Source: Auanema rhodensis (Eukaryota; Animalia; Nematoda). From it: DNA of 64,000 bases. The translations under genes were made by a program, and so were the position numbers. Under the pieces are notes generated by a model. The model had not been told where the DNA came from. It did no database searches and saw only the letters and a program-made list of their open reading frames with translations. The stretch covers positions 11,222,001-11,286,000 of the forward strand of contig OZ059899.1 in assembly GCA_964057225.1 (NCBI GenBank). Direction: 5' to 3'. Shown here one piece after another: positions 59,921 through 64,000 of this stretch. Numbering within the stretch: position 1 is the stretch's first letter; every line of letters begins with the position of its first letter.

Positions 59921-60286
59921 CGTTCCATTCGGAGACTCTATATATGTAACTGCAGGGTTAGAGCCAGACCGACTAGAGGAATGAGGAATGGCACCGCCTT
60001 CCCTCATGCCCCTATTCGGGAGTTCGCCCCTTTGCAAGCCCATGGACGGTTTGCATCTAACTTAGTTAATCTTATATATTAGTCTTTGTCTTGTAAATGT
60101 AGTTTACTTTATCCTTGTGTTATTGTATTGTAATGATATTGTATTGTGTATAATAAATCTATATATTTCCTTATCTTATGTAATCCTTATGCTCTGTTTC
60201 CATACCGCTACACTTATGGAATACTATACGCGTAGTTGAGCAGACTACAATGGTCTGTTCAATATACGTAGGAGCATAATGGAACG
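59921..60286 (+). repeat. 3' LTR, family B copy 2
   Basis: Direct repeat of 48224-48589. Confidence 0.96.
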
Positions 60287-60816
60287 ATTCCGATTCATTA
60301 ACTAGATCGTGGTCAGCATTTTACAACATTGATAAAATAGAAACTGAGAAAAAAACATCAACAAATGACACTATTAACTTGGTTTTTTGAACAGCTTTTT
60401 TATATTTCTTTTTTCACTATGAGAGAACTTATATTTATTGCTTTTTCAAAATTTTCCATTTTTAACATTATACATCTTGACTATCACACATTGAGAACAA
60501 CAGATGGCAATGTTGGTTGTCACGTCATATTTCAAGCAGTTAGATTTTCAGACACATTAATACCTTTGACCATTCTTCTTATGAGTTTTGTAACGATAGA
60601 TCGTAATAGGAAATGAATTGCTATAATATGAAAAAATACAAGACATAGTCAACATTGATTTCCCCAAATAGTATCATGTTTGCTTGTTATTCAATTAGAA
60701 CACTTATTTTTTGATTGTTTTCTTCAAATATTCTTTTTTTTTCTTTAACAAAGTTATGACTGAGATCAAAATTTGAACTTACTTTTGAACAATTGAACAG
60801 AAATTTAAAAAATATT

Positions 60817-60890
60817 TGCCGCCAGCAGGGGTCGAACCTGCGACCTTGGGCTTATTAGACCCACGCTCTAACCGACTGAGCTGTGGCAGC
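60817..60890 (-). tRNA. tRNA-Ile(AAT), two substitutions including U8>C
   Basis: 5' end GCTGCCACAG. Confidence 0.82.
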
Positions 60891-61480
60891 TACGAAAGTA
60901 AGAAATAACAAAGCGCTGATTATAGGAAACGTGAATGAATGCAGATATTCTCAATTCCGATTCATTAACTAGATCGTGGTCAGCATTTTACAACATTGAT
61001 AAAATAGAAACTGAGAAAAAAACATCAACAAATGACACTATTAACTTGGTTTTTTGAACAGCTTTTTTATATTTCTTTTTTCACTATGAGAGAACTTATA
61101 TTTATTGCTTTTTCAAAATTTTCCATTTTTAACATTATACATCTTGACTATCACACATTGAGAACAACAGATGGCAATGTTGGTTGTCACGTCATATTTC
61201 ATGCAGTTAGATTTTCAGACACATTAATACCTTTGACCATTCTTCTTATGAGTTTTGTAACGATAGATCGTAATAGGAAATGAATTGCTATAATATGAAA
61301 AAATACAAGACATAGTCAACATTGATTTCCCCAAATAGTATCATGTTTGCTTGTTATTCAATTAGAACACTTATTTTTTGATTGTTTTCTTCAAATATTC
61401 TTTTTTTTTTAACAAAGTTATGACTGAGATCAAAATTTGAACTTACTTTTGAACAATTAAACAGAAATTTAAAAAATAAT

Positions 61481-61554
61481 TGCCGCCAGCAGGGGTCGAA
61501 CCTGCGACCTTGGGCTTATTAGACCCACGCTCTAACCGACTGAGCTATGGCGGC
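61481..61554 (-). tRNA. tRNA-Ile(AAT)
   Basis: Consensus copy. Confidence 0.95.
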
Positions 61555-62145
61555 TACGAAAGAACGAAATAACAAAGCGCTGATTATAGGAAACGTGAAT
61601 GAATGCAGATATTCTCAATTCCGATTCATTAACTAGATCGTGGTCAGCATTTTACAACATTGATAAAATAGAAACTGAGAAAAAAACATCAACAAATGAC
61701 ACTATTAACTTGGTTTTTTGAACAGCTTTTTTATATTTCTTTTTTCACTATGAGAGAACTTATATTTATTGCTTTTTCAAAATTTTCCATTTTTAACATT
61801 ATACATCTTGACTATCACACATTGAGAACAACAGATGGCAATGTTGGTTGTCACGTCATATTTCATGCAGTTAGATTTTCAGACACATTAATACCTTTGA
61901 CCATTCTTCTTATGAGTTTTGTAACGATAGATCGTAATAGGAAATGAATTGCTATAATATGAAAAAATACAAGACATAGTCAACATTGATTTCCCCAAAT
62001 AGTATCATGTTTGCTTGTTATTCAATTAGAACACTTATTTTTTGATTGTTTTCTTCAAATATTCTTTTTTTTTTTAACAAAGTTATGACTGAGATCAAAA
62101 TTTGAACTTACTTTTGAACAATTAAACAGAAATTTAAAAAATATT

Positions 62146-62219
62146 TGCCGCCAGCAGGGGTCGAACCTGCGACCTTGGGCTTATTAGACCCACGCTCTAA
62201 CCGACTGAGCTATGGCGGC
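62146..62219 (-). tRNA. tRNA-Ile(AAT)
   Basis: Consensus copy. Confidence 0.95.
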
Positions 62220-62812
62220 TACGAAAGTACGAAATAACAAAGCGCTGATTATAGGAAACGTGAATGAATGCAGATATTCTCAATTCCGATTCATTAACTA
62301 GATCGTGGTCAGCATTTTACAACATTGATAAAATAGAAACTGAGAAAAAAACATCAACAAATGACACTATTAACTTGGTTTTTTGAACAGCTTTTTTATA
62401 TTTCTTTTTTCACTATGAGAGAACTTATATTTATTGCTTTTTCAAAATTTTCCATTTTTAACATTATGCATCTTGACTATCACACATTGAGAACAACAGA
62501 TGGCAATGTTGGTTGTCACGTCATATTTCATGCAGTTAGATTTTCAGACACATTAATACCTTTGACCATTCTTCTTATGAGTTTTGTAACGATAGATCGT
62601 AATAGGAAATGAATTGCTATAATATGAAAAAATACAAGACATAGTCAACATTGATTTCCCCAAATAGTATCATGTTTGCTTGTTATTCAATTAGAACACT
62701 TATTTTTTGATTGTTTTCTTGAAATATTCTTTTTTTTTCTTTAACAAAGTTATGACTGAGATCAAAATTTGAACTTACTTTTGAACAATTGAACAGAAAT
62801 TTAAAAAATATT

Positions 62813-62886
62813 TTCCGCCAGCAGGGGTCGAACCTGCGACCTTGGGCTTATTAGACCCACGCTCTAACCGACTGAGCTATGGCGGC
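62813..62886 (-). tRNA. tRNA-Ile(AAT), 1:72 mismatch variant
   Basis: C72>A. Confidence 0.85.
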
Positions 62887-63475
62887 TACGAAAGTACGAA
62901 ATAACAAAGCGCTGATTATAGGAAACGTGAATGAATGCAGATATTCTCAATTCCGATTCATTAACTAGATCGTGGTCAGCATTTTACAACATTGATAAAA
63001 TAGAAACTGAGAAAAAAACATCAACAAATGACACTATTAACTTGATTTTTTGAACAGCTTTTTTATATTTTTTTTTCACTATGAGAGAACTTATATTTAT
63101 TGCTTTTTCAAAATTTTCCATTTTTAACATTATACATCTTGACTATCACACATTGAGAACAACAGTTGGCAATGTTGGTTGTCACGTCATATTTCATGCA
63201 GTTAGATTTTCAGACACATTAATACCTTTGACCATTCTTCTTATGAGTTTTGTAACGATAGATCGTAATAGGAAATGAATTGCTATAATATGAAAAAATA
63301 CAAGACATAGTCAACATTGATTTCCCCAAATAGTATCATGTTTGCTTGTTATTCAATTAGAACACTTATTTTTTGATTGTTTTCTTCAAATATTCTTTTT
63401 TTTTTAACAAAGTTATGACTGAGATCAAAATTTGAACTTACTTTTGAACAATTAAACAGAAATTTAAAAAATAAT

Positions 63476-63549
63476 TGCCGCCAGCAGGGGTCGAACCTGC
63501 GACCTTGGGCTTATTAGACCCACGCTCTAACCGACTGAGCTATGGCGGC
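63476..63549 (-). tRNA. tRNA-Ile(AAT)
   Basis: Consensus copy. Confidence 0.95.
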
Positions 63550-64000
63550 TACGAAAGAACGAAATAACAAAGCGCTGATTATAGGAAACGTGAATGAATG
63601 CAGATATTCTCAATTCCGATTCATTAACTAGATCGTGGTCAGCATTTTACAACATTGATAAAATAGAAACTGAGAAAAAAACATCAACAAATGACACTAT
63701 TAACTTGGTTTTTTGAACAGCTTTTTTATATTTCTTTTTTCACTATGAGAGAACTTATATTTATTGCTTTTTCAAAATTTTCCATTTTTAACATTATACA
63801 TCTTGACTATCACACATTGAGAACAACAGATGGCAATGTTGGTTGTCACGTCATATTTCATGCAGTTAGATTTTCAGACACATTAATACCTTTGACCATT
63901 CTTCTTATGAGTTTTGTAACGATAGATCGTAATAGGAAATGAATTGCTATAATATGAAAAAATACAAGACATAGTCAACATTGATTTCCCCAAATAGTAT

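Larger units (their letters stand above)
48224..60286 (+). mobile_element. Ty3/Gypsy (Metaviridae) env-carrying LTR retrotransposon family B, copy 2; intact and probably recent
   Basis: 366-bp LTRs identical by eye, 4-bp TSD ATTC (48220-48223, 60287-60290), PBS, PPT, uninterrupted 2901-codon ORF. Confidence 0.97.
4435..64000 (-). repeat. Tandem array of ~667-bp units, one tRNA-Ile(AAT) per unit, interrupted by transposon insertions; runs off the right edge
   Basis: Near-identical units recur every 663-669 bp (one unit is 790 bp). Array segments: 4435-5876, 8519-18602, 29274-48223, 60287-64000. Confidence 0.98.

Noticed and set aside
4637-63942. Dozens of repeated 65/83/115-aa ORFs (MRELIFIAF..., MNADILNS...) in the array spacers
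   Set aside because: They recur only because the unit is repeated. Their frames fuse and break with homopolymer length, and they show no recognisable domain.
4435-64000. Array as a CRISPR-like locus or tRNA-derived SINE cluster
   Set aside because: Spacers are identical rather than unique, the tRNA is complete with its own terminator, and units have no TSDs or tails.

Overview
Eukaryotic, most likely nematode, genomic DNA (judged from the tRNA sequence and the short TTTTAG-type intron). The backbone is a tandem array of ~667-bp units, each with one tRNA-Ile(AAT) gene: 49 full-length copies, one copy split by a transposon, one 5'-truncated copy, and a ~1.9-kb inverted block. Four transposons are inserted in the array. 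One is a Mutator/MULE DNA transposon (9-bp TSD inside the tRNA B-box, transposase with two nonsense codons). The other three are Ty3/Gypsy (Metaviridae) LTR elements from two related families. Family A (18603-29273) is decayed. Family B has one intact copy with identical LTRs (48224-60286) and a second copy truncated by the window edge (1-4434, minus strand). Both families have an unusual gag-env-pol order, a single 2901-codon ORF in family B, with a herpesvirus-gB-like class III fusogen, LTRs ending in CG instead of CA, and a tRNA-Gln PBS. Family B also carries an antisense, intron-containing accessory gene in its 5' leader and long rod-like RNA structures in both UTRs. Family A carries an extra ORF 3' of pol.
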